From an uncultured delta proteobacterium (GTDB taxonomy: Bacteria > Desulfobacterota > Binatia > UBA9968), in NCBI GenBank assembly GCA_963816145.1, contig CAWFJP010000013.1:128001-192000 (forward strand): DNA of 64,000 bases, in the 5' to 3' direction. The stretch's first letter is position 1; the number at the start of each line of letters is the position of its first letter. Below are positions 19,779-29,321 of the stretch, piece after piece. Made by a program: the position numbers and the translations under genes. The notes below the pieces were generated by a model that was not told the origin of the DNA, did no database searches, and worked only from the letters and a program-made list of their open reading frames with translations.

Positions 19779-20450
19779 TCAGCCAACGTGTCGCGCCAAG
19801 AATTCGAGCGTGCGAGTGCGCGCGAGCTGGCAGGCTTCGCAATGAAACCTATCGATGCGGCTCGGGTTGTCGAAGCCATGCTGCGCGCCGGGATACAAAT
19901 GGATCGGAATAGTCTTCTGCGCTTGGCGAAATCGCTCGATTCGCTCTTGCGGCATCGTTGTATCTTGGTCGCCGATATGCGCGATGACCGGGCAACTTGA
20001 AGTTTCATCGGCGAAGTCAGGCATCATAGAGCCGTAGTACGCGACCGCGGCGGTGTAGTCGCGGCGGCAGGCGGCGAGCCATGCGAGAGTTCCGCCCCAG
20101 CAGAAGCCGACGATGGCCACTTTCCCCGCTTCCAGGACGATATTCTTGCCGGCGTCAAGATCGTCGAGGGCGTGGTCCCAGTTCCAGTTTTTATAAATCG
20201 TCTGGGCGCGGTCGTGATTTTCCTTGTTGTATTCCAGGACAAGGTTTCGCTGGCGGCGGTCGTAGAGCGCCGGCGCGATGGTGAGATAACCCTGCGCGGC
20301 GTAGAAATCGCAGGTGTCGCGCAGATAGCTCGTGACGCCGTACATTTCTTGGGCGATGACGACGCCACCCCGAGGTTTGTTTGCAGGCCGCGCCAGATAG
20401 GCGTCGAGAACATGGCCGTCGCGGGCAGTGATCTGGATCATGGTGCCCAT
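19779..20450 (-). CDS. Dienelactone hydrolase family protein
   Basis: QEMYGV, GFCWGG nucleophile motif, GDQD, GAQHGF. Confidence 0.92.
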   Translation of the reverse strand: MGTMIQITARDGHVLDAYLARPANKPRGGVVIAQEMYGVTSYLRDTCDFYAAQGYLTIAPALYDRRQRNLVLEYNKENHDRAQTIYKNWNWDHALDDLDAGKNIVLEAGKVAIVGFCWGGTLAWLAACRRDYTAAVAYYGSMMPDFADETSSCPVIAHIGDQDTTMPQERIERFRQAQKTIPIHLYPGAQHGFDNPSRIDRFHCEACQLARTRTLEFLARHVG

Positions 20451-20475
20451 GGGTTTCTGGGTCGGATTCGAATTA

Positions 20476-20559
20476 TTCTCCCGCAAAGGCGCAAAGACGC
20501 TAAGTTCGGAAAAATCCTTGGTCTTCTTTCTTTGCGAGCTTTGCGCCTTGGCGGGAGAA
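20476..20559. repeat. Intergenic inverted repeat (CGCAAAG-type)
   Basis: TTCTCCCGCAAAGGCGCAAAGACGCTAAG ... CTTTGCGAGCTTTGCGCCTTGGCGGGAGAA. Confidence 0.75.
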
Positions 20560-20565
20560 ATCGGC

Positions 20566-21933
20566 TTAAGCCGGTGTCAGCAGGCTCGCCAGCTTTTGCA
20601 TGTTGTCGACGGTTTCAAGATTCCGCACGGCTGTGACTAAATTTCGGGCGCAATCCTCGGAGAGCACGGCCTTGACGTTGCCGCGAAATTTCTCGGTCAC
20701 TTCTTCTTCCGTCATGGGGTTGCGCGGGTCGCCTTTGGCGATTTTCGCCGTGTAACTATGACGGGTGCCGTCTTTCAGCTCGACGCTGACCGGACAGTAG
20801 GGCCCGGGCTCGGGGATCGACTCGTCGCAGATAACCTGGACTTTGCTGAAGGCGTCTTGAACTTCCGGCCGGTTGACCTTTTCGTCGGTGAACGTTGCGA
20901 TCTCCAACTTGCCATCGAGGAAGCACATGGCGACGACGTAATTGATGGCGAACTTGCCGCGCAGGCCGGTTTTGACCTCGGCTGAGTAATGGCGCGCGTA
21001 GCGCTTAGGCGGGATGCTCACTGCCATCTTGGCGACATCGGCGAAATTAATTTTATGCTCGCGTTTCAAATACAAGGCCGCGTCGGCGGCGAGGAACTGC
21101 GGCGCGCTGCATGGGTGCCATTTGAGACCGATGCCGGGAGTTTCGAGAAAGTATGGCTTGCCGATATTCTCGACCATCTTGTTATAGTCGCAGGTGTCGG
21201 GGCCGAAAAAGGTGTCGCAGAAGCCGCGCGGCGCTTCGAAGATGGCGGCGTCGGCGGTGAATCCTTTGCTGGCCAGGATTGCCGCTTCGGCGCCGTTGCG
21301 CGCGGAATTGCCGGCATGAAACGGTTTGACCATCGACCCCTGCTGGCGATGGATGCCGCCGGCGCCGGAGGCGGCGATACCTAGAGCAGTTTTGATTTTG
21401 TCGACCGGGAGTTTCAATAAGCTGGCGCAGGCGACGGTGGCGCCCAGGCTGCCGAACACCGGCGTGCTGTGAAAGCCGCGGTCCTGCACGTTGGGCGCGT
21501 TGGCGGCGATTTTACAGATCACTTCTATGCCGAGCACGTAGGCTCTGAGCAAATCCTTGCCGGTCGCGCCGATATGCTCCGCCAGCGGCAGTGCGGCACC
21601 GACGATCATGCTGGTCGGGTGGCCGACATGGATGAAGGCGTCCCAGTCATCGTAGTCGAGGGCGTGGGCGAGCAGGCCATTGGCGAAGGCGGCGGTGCTG
21701 ACTGAGGCTTTCGCATGGCTGCCCCAGATCGAAGATTCGGCGGAAGCGCCGAGGCCTTTGCAATAATCCAACGCGATTTCGGCTGCCTCTGTGGAAGCGC
21801 CGGCAAGCGCCACGCCCAGGGTGTCGAGGATATGCATCTTGGCATTGGCCAATGTCTCGTCCGAAATGGCCGAAAGCTCGGTATCGCTGATAAAGCGCGC
21901 GAGTAGGTCGGTGACCGGTGGAGGTGTTGCCAT
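20566..21933 (-). CDS. MmgE/PrpD family protein
   Basis: ILDTLGVALAG, AHALDYDD, HP, KPFHAG, KGDPRNPM. Confidence 0.93.
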   Translation of the reverse strand: MATPPPVTDLLARFISDTELSAISDETLANAKMHILDTLGVALAGASTEAAEIALDYCKGLGASAESSIWGSHAKASVSTAAFANGLLAHALDYDDWDAFIHVGHPTSMIVGAALPLAEHIGATGKDLLRAYVLGIEVICKIAANAPNVQDRGFHSTPVFGSLGATVACASLLKLPVDKIKTALGIAASGAGGIHRQQGSMVKPFHAGNSARNGAEAAILASKGFTADAAIFEAPRGFCDTFFGPDTCDYNKMVENIGKPYFLETPGIGLKWHPCSAPQFLAADAALYLKREHKINFADVAKMAVSIPPKRYARHYSAEVKTGLRGKFAINYVVAMCFLDGKLEIATFTDEKVNRPEVQDAFSKVQVICDESIPEPGPYCPVSVELKDGTRHSYTAKIAKGDPRNPMTEEEVTEKFRGNVKAVLSEDCARNLVTAVRNLETVDNMQKLASLLTPA

Positions 21934-21984
21934 CTTGTTCTCCTGCGAAATGGGAGATATGAAAGTTTCTTATCCGAAGGCCGA

Positions 21985-22012
21985 GGCAACAGGCAATAGG
22001 CAGCAGGCAATA
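21985..22012. repeat. 7-mer tandem repeat (GGCAATA-like x4)
   Basis: GGCAACA GGCAATA GGCAGCA GGCAATA in the divergent intergenic region. Confidence 0.6.
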
Positions 22013-22042
22013 GTCGGAAAAAAAAGATCAAGGGAGAAGTGA

Positions 22043-23218
22043 ATGAAAGGTTGTTTGGACGGCATCAGGGTATTGGAGTTGGGTAATTTTATTTCCGGGC
22101 CCTACGGCGCGATGTTGCTGGCGGATATGGGCGCGGAAGTCATCAAAGTGGAAAACCCCAAGGGCGGCGACCCGTTTCGCGGCTGGGACTTCGGCGGCGA
22201 TCAACCGAACTTTTGGGCTTACAATCGCGGCAAGAAAAGCATCACGCTGAACTTGCAGACCCCCGAAGGCAAGGAAGTGTTCTACGGCCTGGTGAAAAAG
22301 GCCGACGTGGTAATGGACAACTATCGCCCCGGCGTGACCAAGAAGTTGGCGATCGATTTCGAGTCCTTGAGCAAGATCAATCCGAAAATCATTTGCTGCT
22401 CGATCACCGGCACCGGCCCGTCCGGTCCCTATGTCAAGCGTCCGGCGTACGACACCGTCGGGCAAGGCATGGGCGGCATGATGAGCGTGCTGATGGATCC
22501 AAAGGATCCCAAGCCGGTCGGTCCGGCCTACGCAGATTGCTTGAGCGGCATGTTCTCGGCCTTAGGAGTTTTGGGCGCGCTGATGGCGCGCACAACGACG
22601 GGCAAGGGACAGCAGGTCGACGCGACCATGGTGGGATCGATCCTGGCCTTCTTGAACGCGCCGGCGACCGAAACCATGGCGCATGGGCGGATTCCCGGAC
22701 CGTACACGCGGCCGCGCCAGTCGCAAACCTACGCATTCGCTTGCGCAGACGGCGCGATGCTGGCGATTCATTTGTCGTCGCCGCAAAAATTTTGGGAGGG
22801 GTTGTGCAAATCGGTCGGCCGTCCCGAAATGATCGACGACCCGCGTTTCCACACGCGTCCGAACCGGCGCGCCAACTACGACGAACTGAACAAGACCTTC
22901 GCGGTATTTTTCAAAGATAAACCGCGCGCCCACTGGGTCGAACAGCTCGAGGCCAACGACGTGCCGCACACGCCGGTGTACAACTTGAAAGAAGTCTTCG
23001 ACGATCCGCAGGTGAAACATATGGGCATGCAGATCGCCATCGAACGCAAAGACAAGCCGACGATCAACACGGTAAAATTTCCGCTCACCCACAGCGACAC
23101 CCCATCGCCGTTCCCCGCGCCGCCGCCGGAGCTGGGCGAGAACAACAGCGAGTTTTTAAAATCGCTCGGTTACGACGAGGCGAAGATCGCCGAGTTTAAG
23201 GAAAAGGGGATTATCTAA
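22043..23218 (+). CDS. Class III CoA-transferase (CaiB/BaiF), copy 1
   Basis: LADMGAEVIKVENP.GGDPFR, NRGKKS, DNYRPG, AYAD (catalytic Asp), PPELGE. Confidence 0.95.
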   Translation: MKGCLDGIRVLELGNFISGPYGAMLLADMGAEVIKVENPKGGDPFRGWDFGGDQPNFWAYNRGKKSITLNLQTPEGKEVFYGLVKKADVVMDNYRPGVTKKLAIDFESLSKINPKIICCSITGTGPSGPYVKRPAYDTVGQGMGGMMSVLMDPKDPKPVGPAYADCLSGMFSALGVLGALMARTTTGKGQQVDATMVGSILAFLNAPATETMAHGRIPGPYTRPRQSQTYAFACADGAMLAIHLSSPQKFWEGLCKSVGRPEMIDDPRFHTRPNRRANYDELNKTFAVFFKDKPRAHWVEQLEANDVPHTPVYNLKEVFDDPQVKHMGMQIAIERKDKPTINTVKFPLTHSDTPSPFPAPPPELGENNSEFLKSLGYDEAKIAEFKEKGII

Positions 23219-23317
23219 GATACCAGACCTAGAAGTTTAATGATCAAGTAAAGCGTTGGCTTGGATTTCTCCCTTTGGAAAAGGGGGGGAGGCTAGTACC
23301 AAAATTCGGGAGTCACA

Positions 23318-24493
23318 ATGAACGGCTGTCTAGAAGGCATCAAAGTTTTGGAGTTGGGCAATTTTATTTCAGGACCTTACGGCGCGATGTTGCTGGCGGA
23401 CATGGGCGCGGAGGTGATCAAAGTTGAAAATCCCAAGGGCGGCGATCCGTTTCGTGGTTGGGATCTGGGCGGCGATGAGCCGAACTTCTGGGCCTACAAT
23501 CGCGGCAAGCGAAGTATCACGCTGAACCTTCAGACTCTCGAGGGCAAAGAGATTTTTCTCAAACTCGCCAACAAGGTCGATGTGGTACTCGACAATTATC
23601 GGCCCGGGGTCATGAAGCGGTTGGGCATCGACTATGACACGGTGAGCAAAACCAATCCCGGTGTAATTTATCTTTCGATCACCGGGACCGGGCCGACGGG
23701 ACCTTACGTCAAGCGGCCGGCGTACGACACGGTGGGCCAAGGGCTTGGCGGTATGCTGAGCCTGCTCATGGACGCCAAGAATCCCCGGCCCATCGGACCC
23801 AACTACGCCGATAGCTTGAGCGGCATGTTCGCCTGTATCGGCGTGCTCGGCGCCATCGCGGCGCGCGCCAAGACCGGCAAAGGGCAGCAGGTCGACACGA
23901 CGATGGCAGGTTCGATCTTGGCGTTCTTGATCGCGCCGGCGACCGATTCGTTGGCGACCGGAAAGATTCCCGGTCCGTACACCCGGCCGATTCAATCGCA
24001 GACCTACGCGTTCACGGGTTCCGACGGCGCCATGTTCGCGATTCACCTATCGTCGCCGCAAAAATTCTGGGAAGGCTTGTGTAAAGCCGCTGGCCATCCA
24101 GAACTGATCGACGACCCACGTTTCAGCACCCGGCCGAACCGGCGCAAGAATTATGACGACCTGGCCAAAACCTTCGGCGAGTTCTTCAAGGAAAAACCGC
24201 GAGTCTACTGGATGGAACGGCTCGAAGCTGAGGATGTGCCGCACACGCCGGTCTACAACATGCAGGAAGTTTTCCAGGATCCGCAGATCAAACATATGGG
24301 TCTGGAGATCACCCTCGAACGCAAGGACAAACCGAACATTCGCACCGTGGCGTTCCCGAACCAGTACAGCGATGACAAGATTCCTCATCCACTGCCGCCG
24401 CCGGAGCTGGGTGAGCACAACGCCGAGTATCTGAAGCCGCTGGGATATACCGATCAACAGATTGGCGAGTTCAAGGACAAGGGGATCATTTAA
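23318..24493 (+). CDS. Class III CoA-transferase (CaiB/BaiF), copy 2 (tandem paralog)
   Basis: Same length (391 aa) and colinear with copy 1. Confidence 0.95.
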   Translation: MNGCLEGIKVLELGNFISGPYGAMLLADMGAEVIKVENPKGGDPFRGWDLGGDEPNFWAYNRGKRSITLNLQTLEGKEIFLKLANKVDVVLDNYRPGVMKRLGIDYDTVSKTNPGVIYLSITGTGPTGPYVKRPAYDTVGQGLGGMLSLLMDAKNPRPIGPNYADSLSGMFACIGVLGAIAARAKTGKGQQVDTTMAGSILAFLIAPATDSLATGKIPGPYTRPIQSQTYAFTGSDGAMFAIHLSSPQKFWEGLCKAAGHPELIDDPRFSTRPNRRKNYDDLAKTFGEFFKEKPRVYWMERLEAEDVPHTPVYNMQEVFQDPQIKHMGLEITLERKDKPNIRTVAFPNQYSDDKIPHPLPPPELGEHNAEYLKPLGYTDQQIGEFKDKGII

Positions 24494-24518
24494 GGCTTAG
24501 TACCTGGAGGTACGTTAT

Positions 24519-25157
24519 ATGAAACTCTACTACCATCCGATTTCTTCATACTCTCAGAAAACTCTCATGGCCTTCTACGAAAAGGGCTGCGCCTTCGAGC
24601 CGGTGCTGGTCAATTTGATGGATGAGCAGGCGAAGGCTGAGTACAAGAAAATCTATCCAATGGGCAAAGTGCCGTTTCTGCGCATCGAGGAGAAGTCGTG
24701 GAGTGTGCCGGAGTCGAGCATTATTATTGAATACATCGACCGCCACTGCCCCGGCGGGACCAAGCTGATTCCTGACGATCCCGATTTGGCCAGGCAAGTG
24801 CGCATGCGCGATCGGTTCTTAGATTTTTACGTCAACGACCCGATGGTGAAGATTTTCTTCGATGGTTTTCGCCCGGAAGGACAGAAAGACCCTTACGGCG
24901 TGCAGCAGGCTAAGGATCGTCTCGACTCGGCCTTCGCAATTCTCGATCAAGAAATGGCGAACCAAAGCTGGGCGATGGGCGATCTGTTCTCGATGGCCGA
25001 TTGCGCGGCGGCGCCGGCGCTCAGTTATTGCCGCATGGTTTACCCGTTTACCAAGCATAAGAACGTCGTTGCTTACATGCATCGCCTCGCCGAGCGGCCA
25101 TCTTTTCAGCGCGTGGCCCAGGAAGCCGCGCCTTATCTGGCGGCGTTCAAGAAGTAA
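24519..25157 (+). CDS. Glutathione S-transferase family protein
   Basis: SSYSQK, PMGKVPFL, ESSIIIEYI, FSMADC. Confidence 0.93.
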   Translation: MKLYYHPISSYSQKTLMAFYEKGCAFEPVLVNLMDEQAKAEYKKIYPMGKVPFLRIEEKSWSVPESSIIIEYIDRHCPGGTKLIPDDPDLARQVRMRDRFLDFYVNDPMVKIFFDGFRPEGQKDPYGVQQAKDRLDSAFAILDQEMANQSWAMGDLFSMADCAAAPALSYCRMVYPFTKHKNVVAYMHRLAERPSFQRVAQEAAPYLAAFKK

Positions 25158-25177
25158 AGCTGGCGCTCTACTGGTTA

Positions 25178-26356
25178 ATGGTTGACTTCGACGTAGCGGT
25201 CATCGGCGGCGGCGCTGCGGGGCTGATGTGCGCCATCGAGGCGGGGAAGCGTGGCCGGCGCGTTGTCGTCATCGAACACAGCGATCGCACCGGCAAAAAA
25301 ATTCTCATTTCCGGCGGCGGCCGCTGCAATTTCACCAACCTCAACGTCACGCCGGAAAATTTTCTCTCGGCCAATCCGCACTTCTGCAAGTCGGCGCTGG
25401 CGCGCTACACGCAGTGGGATTTCATCGCGCTGGTGGAGCGCCATGGCATCGCCTACCACGAAAAAGAGTTAGGGCAGTTGTTCTGCAATCAGTCGGCGAA
25501 ATTGATCGTGAAGATGTTGGCGGACGAATGCCGCCAGGCTGGCGTGCAGATTACGACCGGCTGCAATGTGACAGGCGTGGAGCACGGTGCGGCTGGGTTT
25601 GTCATAAAGACCAACCGCGGTGCGGTGTCAGCCTCGTCGATGGTGGTCGCCTCGGGCGGCCTTTCGGTGCCGAAGATGGGCGCGACTGCCTTTGGCTACG
25701 AACTCGCGAAAAAACTCGGCCACCGAATCGTTCCGACGAGAGCCGGTCTCGTGCCGCTCACGTTCGGTCCTGACGATCTGGTTCGCTATCGGGGTTTGTC
25801 CGGCGTGTCGTTGCCGGTGCAAGTCAGTTGTCGTCGCCAGGTCTTTGCCAACGCGATGTTATTTACTCATCGCGGGATCAGCGGCCCGGCGATTCTGCAA
25901 ATTTCCTCTTACTGGCAACCGGGCGACGCGCTCGCCGTGAATCTCCTGCCGCTGACGGATGCCTCCGATTGGTTAAAGAATCGGCGAGCGTCTCGATCCG
26001 ATTCGGAGCTAAAAACGGTGCTCGGTGAATTTTTGCCGAAACGATTGGCGCAGCGATTATGTGAAGGCGAGCTCGGTAGCCGGCCCGTGCGCCAGTATGC
26101 GCCGCAGGAGCTGCGCGAAGTTTGCGAGCGATTGCAAAGTTGGCACTTCTTGCCCAACGATACGGAAGGATACCGGACAGCGGAGGTCACCCTCGGCGGT
26201 GTCGATACGGACGAACTATCATCAACGACGATGGAGTCGAAAATTATTCCCGGTCTTTATTTTGTCGGCGAGGTGGTCGACGTCACCGGCCATCTCGGCG
26301 GCTTCAATTTTCAATGGGCCTGGTCTTCCGGGTGGGCGGCGGGGCAGGTAGTATAA
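25178..26356 (+). CDS. HI0933/YhiN/BaiN-family flavoprotein
   Basis: GGGAAG, KILISGGGRCNFTN, LFTHRGISGP, AEVTLGGV, GGFNFQWAWSSG. Confidence 0.95.
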   Translation: MVDFDVAVIGGGAAGLMCAIEAGKRGRRVVVIEHSDRTGKKILISGGGRCNFTNLNVTPENFLSANPHFCKSALARYTQWDFIALVERHGIAYHEKELGQLFCNQSAKLIVKMLADECRQAGVQITTGCNVTGVEHGAAGFVIKTNRGAVSASSMVVASGGLSVPKMGATAFGYELAKKLGHRIVPTRAGLVPLTFGPDDLVRYRGLSGVSLPVQVSCRRQVFANAMLFTHRGISGPAILQISSYWQPGDALAVNLLPLTDASDWLKNRRASRSDSELKTVLGEFLPKRLAQRLCEGELGSRPVRQYAPQELREVCERLQSWHFLPNDTEGYRTAEVTLGGVDTDELSSTTMESKIIPGLYFVGEVVDVTGHLGGFNFQWAWSSGWAAGQVV

Positions 26357-26534
26357 GATAACCAAGAATAGGTTGTCAGGATTCGTCTGGGAGATCGTCC
26401 GGTTTTGACGGACACCATAAGAAAGCAGGACAAAAATTATTCTTTGCCTCCAACGTTTTTCCAATTGGAACTTAGCGAAGCCGAGCTCATGCTAAAACCC
26501 ATTTTAACTATGACTCCGATGAAGGGCCAATTTT

Positions 26535-28442
26535 ATGAGCGGCATTGTCTGCGTCTATAGCGAGGCTGGAATTGCCCAAGACGCCCCTCGCTATCTCGCC
26601 GCGCTGCGGCGCTTGCATCATCGCGGCCGTGACGGCGAGGGCTCGCTTCTTCGACAGAATCTTTTCCTCGGGGTGCGAACCTCTTATGTGGGTCCAGGGG
26701 CGGTGAAAGAGCAACCACTCGTTGGCGCAGATGGCAAGATCATCGTTGCCCTGGATGGTCATATCCATAACCGGAGAGAACTAGCCGAGAGTCTTCAGGC
26801 GAAAGGACACCCGGTCCATGATACGTCGTCCGATGCGGCGCTGCTTCTCTGCGCTTACGCGGAATACGGCGAGCGCTGCTTCGAGAGTCTTAAGGGTGTG
26901 TGGGCGATCGTCGTTTGGGACGAACGCTCACATCGGTTGGTCGTTAGTCGCGATCGCCTGGGGGTGCGGCCGCTATATTTGTTCTCTGACGGGCGCTCTT
27001 TTCTGCTAGCCTCGGAGATTAAAGGCATATTAGCTCTTGATCCGAGCGCGGGTCTCATGAACCACGAGCGCGTGCGCGACTTCGTGTGCAACGGTCGCAT
27101 CGACGACTGGACCGGCACTCTCTTCGCTCGAATTCAGCCGGTACCTCCAGGCACGGTCCTCAGTATCCACGCGGATCAGGTTGCCAGCAGGCGGTACTGG
27201 AACCTCCGTCCATCTACCGACCCAAGCCTGACGCCGGCCGCTGTCCTCGATGAGCTCGCAGCCGCAGTTGAGCGCCAAACCCCACCGGACGTTTCGATCG
27301 GTCTTTCATTGAGCGGAGGCATCGACAGCTCCACCATCGCCGGCATCTTGGCCCGCTCTTCACGGTGGGACCGGCAAAACCTCCGGGCGTTTAGTATCAC
27401 ACCGCCGAAAACCACCGACGAATCCTTCCTCATCGACGCCACGATTCGACACACGGGTATTCGCCATTCCTATGTGTCACTGGATGACCTGGATTACCCC
27501 CGTTTACTCACCGAGGTTATCGACTTTCATGATGAACCGATCCAGTTCTCTGGGGTGTTTTACCAATACGTTCTGCGCCAGCGAATGGCGCAGGCAGGGT
27601 GCCGAGCCACTGTTGTGGGTTACGGGGCCGACGAGATTTTCAGCGGCTACGAATATCTCGCCGTCCCCTTTCTGGCAGCCCTTCTGGCCGGCGGGCATCT
27701 GGCCGACTCGGTCCGGTTTGTGTTCGGCGCACCAGATTTTTTGCAGATGCCGGCGTACCGTATCGTCGAAAATACGCTTCGTTATCTCTTGGCAGAGCCC
27801 ATCAAGCGCGCCATCGGCGAGGAAAGATTGAGACGATGGAGGGGCATTGCTCCGCCCGGATGGGATATATTAACGCCTTTAACCGAAGCAACGCAGCCGA
27901 CAACATCGACAAGTCCGACGGACTATGAGCTCGACGACATTCCTCAGGGGCGGGCATTCTTTAGAGCTTTGTTCCAGTGCTACCGTACAAACATCGCCCT
28001 GCTTGTAAGATTGGAAGACCGCAACGCGATGGCAAACGGGTTGGAGCTGTGCGCCCCGTTCATGGATCACGAACTCGTCGAGACGGCGCTGGGATTGCCC
28101 TATCATCTGTTCATGGAGGGTGGGCGAAATAAAGCCGTGCTTCGGAACGCGGCGCATGAGCTGCTTGCGGCAGAGGTCAGCGGATACCCCCGCAAACTGG
28201 CCACACCCGGAAGTGACGCCTTCCTCGCGTTCGAGGTCCTTCAGCCGCAGTTCCTGGATATGCTCAGTTCCCCGTCGTTCTACGCCAGCGGGCTTTGGTC
28301 GCGCCGGTGTGAGCAGTTGTACAAGTCGGATATGGTTCGCGGCAGCCGCGCCGCGATTTGGTTCCGTGTGTACATGGTGCAAAAATGGTACGAGAGAGTG
28401 GTTCAACCTATGCACGCTTCGACCAGCACAGTTGAGAATTAA
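26535..28442 (+). CDS. Asparagine synthetase B-like protein with a degenerate glutaminase domain
   Basis: SRDRLGVRPLY, ASEIKG, SGGIDSS PP-loop, GYGADEIFSGY, EDRNAMA...PFMD; N-terminus MSGI instead of MCGI. Confidence 0.88.
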   Translation: MSGIVCVYSEAGIAQDAPRYLAALRRLHHRGRDGEGSLLRQNLFLGVRTSYVGPGAVKEQPLVGADGKIIVALDGHIHNRRELAESLQAKGHPVHDTSSDAALLLCAYAEYGERCFESLKGVWAIVVWDERSHRLVVSRDRLGVRPLYLFSDGRSFLLASEIKGILALDPSAGLMNHERVRDFVCNGRIDDWTGTLFARIQPVPPGTVLSIHADQVASRRYWNLRPSTDPSLTPAAVLDELAAAVERQTPPDVSIGLSLSGGIDSSTIAGILARSSRWDRQNLRAFSITPPKTTDESFLIDATIRHTGIRHSYVSLDDLDYPRLLTEVIDFHDEPIQFSGVFYQYVLRQRMAQAGCRATVVGYGADEIFSGYEYLAVPFLAALLAGGHLADSVRFVFGAPDFLQMPAYRIVENTLRYLLAEPIKRAIGEERLRRWRGIAPPGWDILTPLTEATQPTTSTSPTDYELDDIPQGRAFFRALFQCYRTNIALLVRLEDRNAMANGLELCAPFMDHELVETALGLPYHLFMEGGRNKAVLRNAAHELLAAEVSGYPRKLATPGSDAFLAFEVLQPQFLDMLSSPSFYASGLWSRRCEQLYKSDMVRGSRAAIWFRVYMVQKWYERVVQPMHASTSTVEN

Positions 28443-28519
28443 CGGGGCGAATTTGAAAACCGTGGAGGTCCGCCGAGGTAATTGCTATGGGCAATCTCGA
28501 AGCGCGTTGACCGGGATTG

Positions 28520-29230
28520 CTATCCGTTGTCGAGTTGAAGCGCTAAAAAGTTCGTCATCAGCTCCCACGCCTGTTCGGCCAACCCTGGATCGTAGCAGTC
28601 GCCGTCGGCCATGGCGAAGCCGTGGCCGGCGCGGTGGAAGAAGTGCCAGTCGAGCGGCTGGCCGTTGGCCTGAAAGGCCGCCATCAGTTTTTGCTGCACC
28701 GGAATGCTCGCGACATGGTCGTTGCCGCCTAGGAATATCTGCGACGGGCATTTGAAGTCTGTGACGGCGTCATTGGGATGGCGCGGCCGGAGTTTGCTCG
28801 GCCCTTCGTCGCGGACTGACGGGTAATAGCCGACGAAGGCGCGCGCGCTCGGGGTCGCGGCGACGAAGTGAATGCCGATGCGCCCGCCCATGCAGTAACC
28901 GACCACGGCGCAGCGCTTGGCGTCGACCTCCGGCCGGCTGGTGAGATAGTTCCAGGAACGGGTAAGGATCTCGATGAACTGGCCGTCGGTGGTGGTCTTT
29001 TGCGCTTCATGCACGCCGTCGGCGGCGCCGAGCATTTTATATAAATCGGGAACGATCGTCGTGTAGCCGAGCTTGGCGTAGTCGCAGACTTTGACCTTCA
29101 TGTTGCCCGTGCAGCCGTAGTGGTGATGCACGATCATGATGCCGGGGCCAGGCTCTTTACGGTCGGGATGAGCGAGGTAGCCAGGCACGCCGTCTTTCTC
29201 TGCGGACAGGTCTCGATTGATGATTTTCAT
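28520..29230 (-). CDS. Dienelactone hydrolase family protein
   Basis: GYCMGG, GGND, AGHGF, AEQAW. Confidence 0.9.
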   Translation of the reverse strand: MKIINRDLSAEKDGVPGYLAHPDRKEPGPGIMIVHHHYGCTGNMKVKVCDYAKLGYTTIVPDLYKMLGAADGVHEAQKTTTDGQFIEILTRSWNYLTSRPEVDAKRCAVVGYCMGGRIGIHFVAATPSARAFVGYYPSVRDEGPSKLRPRHPNDAVTDFKCPSQIFLGGNDHVASIPVQQKLMAAFQANGQPLDWHFFHRAGHGFAMADGDCYDPGLAEQAWELMTNFLALQLDNG

Positions 29231-29321
29231 GAGAACGATCCTCCCTCCAAGCTAGTGGGCTTTTGTTATTACGAGCGAGATCAAAACTCAACTGCAAAAT
29301 TGCCAGCGTGCGGCGAGCGAG

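Noticed and set aside
26535-28442. Lasso peptide gene cluster
   Set aside because: No B1/B2 (RRE or peptidase) genes and no precursor-like ORF adjacent
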